NCBI GenBank assembly: GCA_038496445.1
Contig: JALMLS010000448.1
Location: forward strand, 124,001-188,000
Length of the DNA stretch: 64,000 nt
Reading direction: 5' to 3'
Source: Trichosphaerium sp. ATCC 40318
Lineage: Eukaryota > Protista > Tubulinea
Under the pieces are notes generated by a model, which was not told where the DNA came from, did no database searches, and saw only the letters and a program-made list of their open reading frames with translations. Position 1 is the stretch's first letter. Each line of letters begins with the position of its first letter. This document shows, piece by piece, positions 62,539 through 64,000 of this stretch. Both the position numbers and the translations under genes were made by a program.

Positions 62539-64000
62539 ATGTTCCTCAAGCGGAGCCAAAAGAAGCTCTTGCGTAACTTCGATCTATTTCCCAAGTCAAA
62601 AGATGAAGTTCTGATAAGAACAGGCACAAGTGGCGTCAGTACGTAATATAATGCGTAGTGATGCGTTTGGAGTATGCTTATAGATATAGTTTCGTTGTTT
62701 ACGTGGTTAATACTCGCATTTCTTCTTTTGTATCATTTCGGTGACTACTTGCTGCCTGAAGTATCGTCCACAGTAACTTTGGACTCTAACACGTTGGGAG
62801 ATCAATTACACATTACATTCGACATCGAAATGCCTGGTACGTTATTGTGGCGCGTACCAGTGCTCAAGCGCTTGTTTTTGTTTAACGCTCTATCAAAATA
62901 TGTGTAAAAACACAACGCGCTAACACCAGATAGGTATGCCGTGTACTGAATTCGCCATGGATTTTTTTGACAACTCTGGCGATCTAGCACTATCAACAAA
63001 CAAAGACTTGAAAAAAATTAGACAACCAAGTACGCATCCTCAGTTGCAAGCTTGCTTCTTCGTCTTAATTAATCGAATGTAGATGGAGGTTGTAGAGTTA
63101 AGGGGCACCATTTGGTAAACAAAGTAAAGGTATGAGTACAACTTCTTTACCCAGCTTGGCCAATATACGTTCACTGTAGTGATTTTTACTGAACCGTTGT
63201 AGGGTGAATTTAATATAGCTTTCGGTAAAGAAGCAGCAGCGCTTGACACAGACTCTGTAGATGATGTTTATCACCCTCGCATCGTACATAGGTACTTGCC
63301 AATCTGCTATTACTGAACTGCAGTAATTTCTGATTTGTTTTTTTTTGTTGCTGTAAAAGGCTTCTTTTGTGACAATTTATTTAACTCATATACGTTTAGG
63401 TTTAATCCTCGAGAATTGGACACATTTAACGCTTCACATATAGTACATAAGTGCGTTTTTAAGTTCGTTTTAAAGCAACTCTTGTAATTCTTTTGTTAAG
63501 ATTATCCTTCGGTGAGGATATTCCTGGTGTACCTAATATGCTTGATGACCATAAGAAAATATTTCCGGAAGGTCTAAAAAGGTATGAGATAGAAATTAAA
63601 GCATTTTTTGAAGTGTCAAAAGAGGAGCACAAATTACCTTTTTTTGACCTCTTACGATTGTAATGTATTATTTTTAACACGTGATAAACTAGAGTACTGT
63701 ATTTTATCCATGTCATACCGAGTGAGTACTCATTTGCTGGTGCACTCATAGATAGCAACCAGTACACATATACCGAACATCTAATTGATATTGAATTCAA
63801 AAATGGCCGATTTTGGCAGCCTGGTGTTTTCTTCAAGTATGATATATCCCCTTACATGGTATAGTAGCAATCCTTTATTACTTTAATAGCATCGAGCGCT
63901 TTTTTTGTTGCCTACACAGCGAAAAAAGCGGTAAAATTGATCGAGGTTTTTTTTTTGGATTTGACGGTTATTTTTTAGGTAAAATACGACGCTACAAGGG
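62539..64000 (+). CDS. ERGIC / Erv41-Erv46 family protein (runs off the window end)
   Basis: LRNFDLFPK...RTGTSG, TM helix, ITFDIEMPGMPC, GCRVKG...VNKVKGEFNIA, FNASHIVH, LSFGEDIPG, PGVFFKYDISPY. Confidence 0.88.

Noticed and set aside
1-64000. Alternative genetic code or prokaryotic systems (CRISPR, operons, defence islands)
   Set aside because: ORF fragmentation is explained by introns. TAA, TAG and TGA all end genes, and no repeat-spacer array is visible.

Overview
Gene-dense, intron-rich, AT-rich eukaryotic nuclear DNA using the standard genetic code. A CudA-type transcription factor points to an amoebozoan protist (inference). I assembled about 25 mostly spliced genes and pseudogenes by hand: XRN-family exoribonuclease, two Ser/Thr kinases, single-domain globin, IFRD-like protein, ERCC6L/PICH-like SNF2 ATPase, tandem F-box/LRR pair, TBCK, ADP-dependent glucokinase, exocyst Sec5, Neverland/DAF-36 Rieske oxygenase, USE1, telobox Myb protein, trithorax/KMT2-like SET protein, KIN17, CudA-like factor and an ERGIC/Erv41-46-like protein. 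The most notable signals are: (1) mixed splicing, with three minor (U12-type) introns (two with an atypical GTATCCAA donor), three GC-AG introns and at least one 25-nt intron; (2) a 5'-truncated retroposed insertion with a 20-bp target-site duplication and poly(A); (3) a KMT2-like methyltransferase carrying an internal ASXL-type HARE-HTH domain; (4) local inverted duplications, one covering two consecutive 3' splice sites; (5) decayed MORN-variant-repeat and Cys-rich peptide pseudogenes. No tRNA, rRNA or CRISPR array was seen. Exon boundaries and family calls come from manual reading and motif recall, with no database searches.
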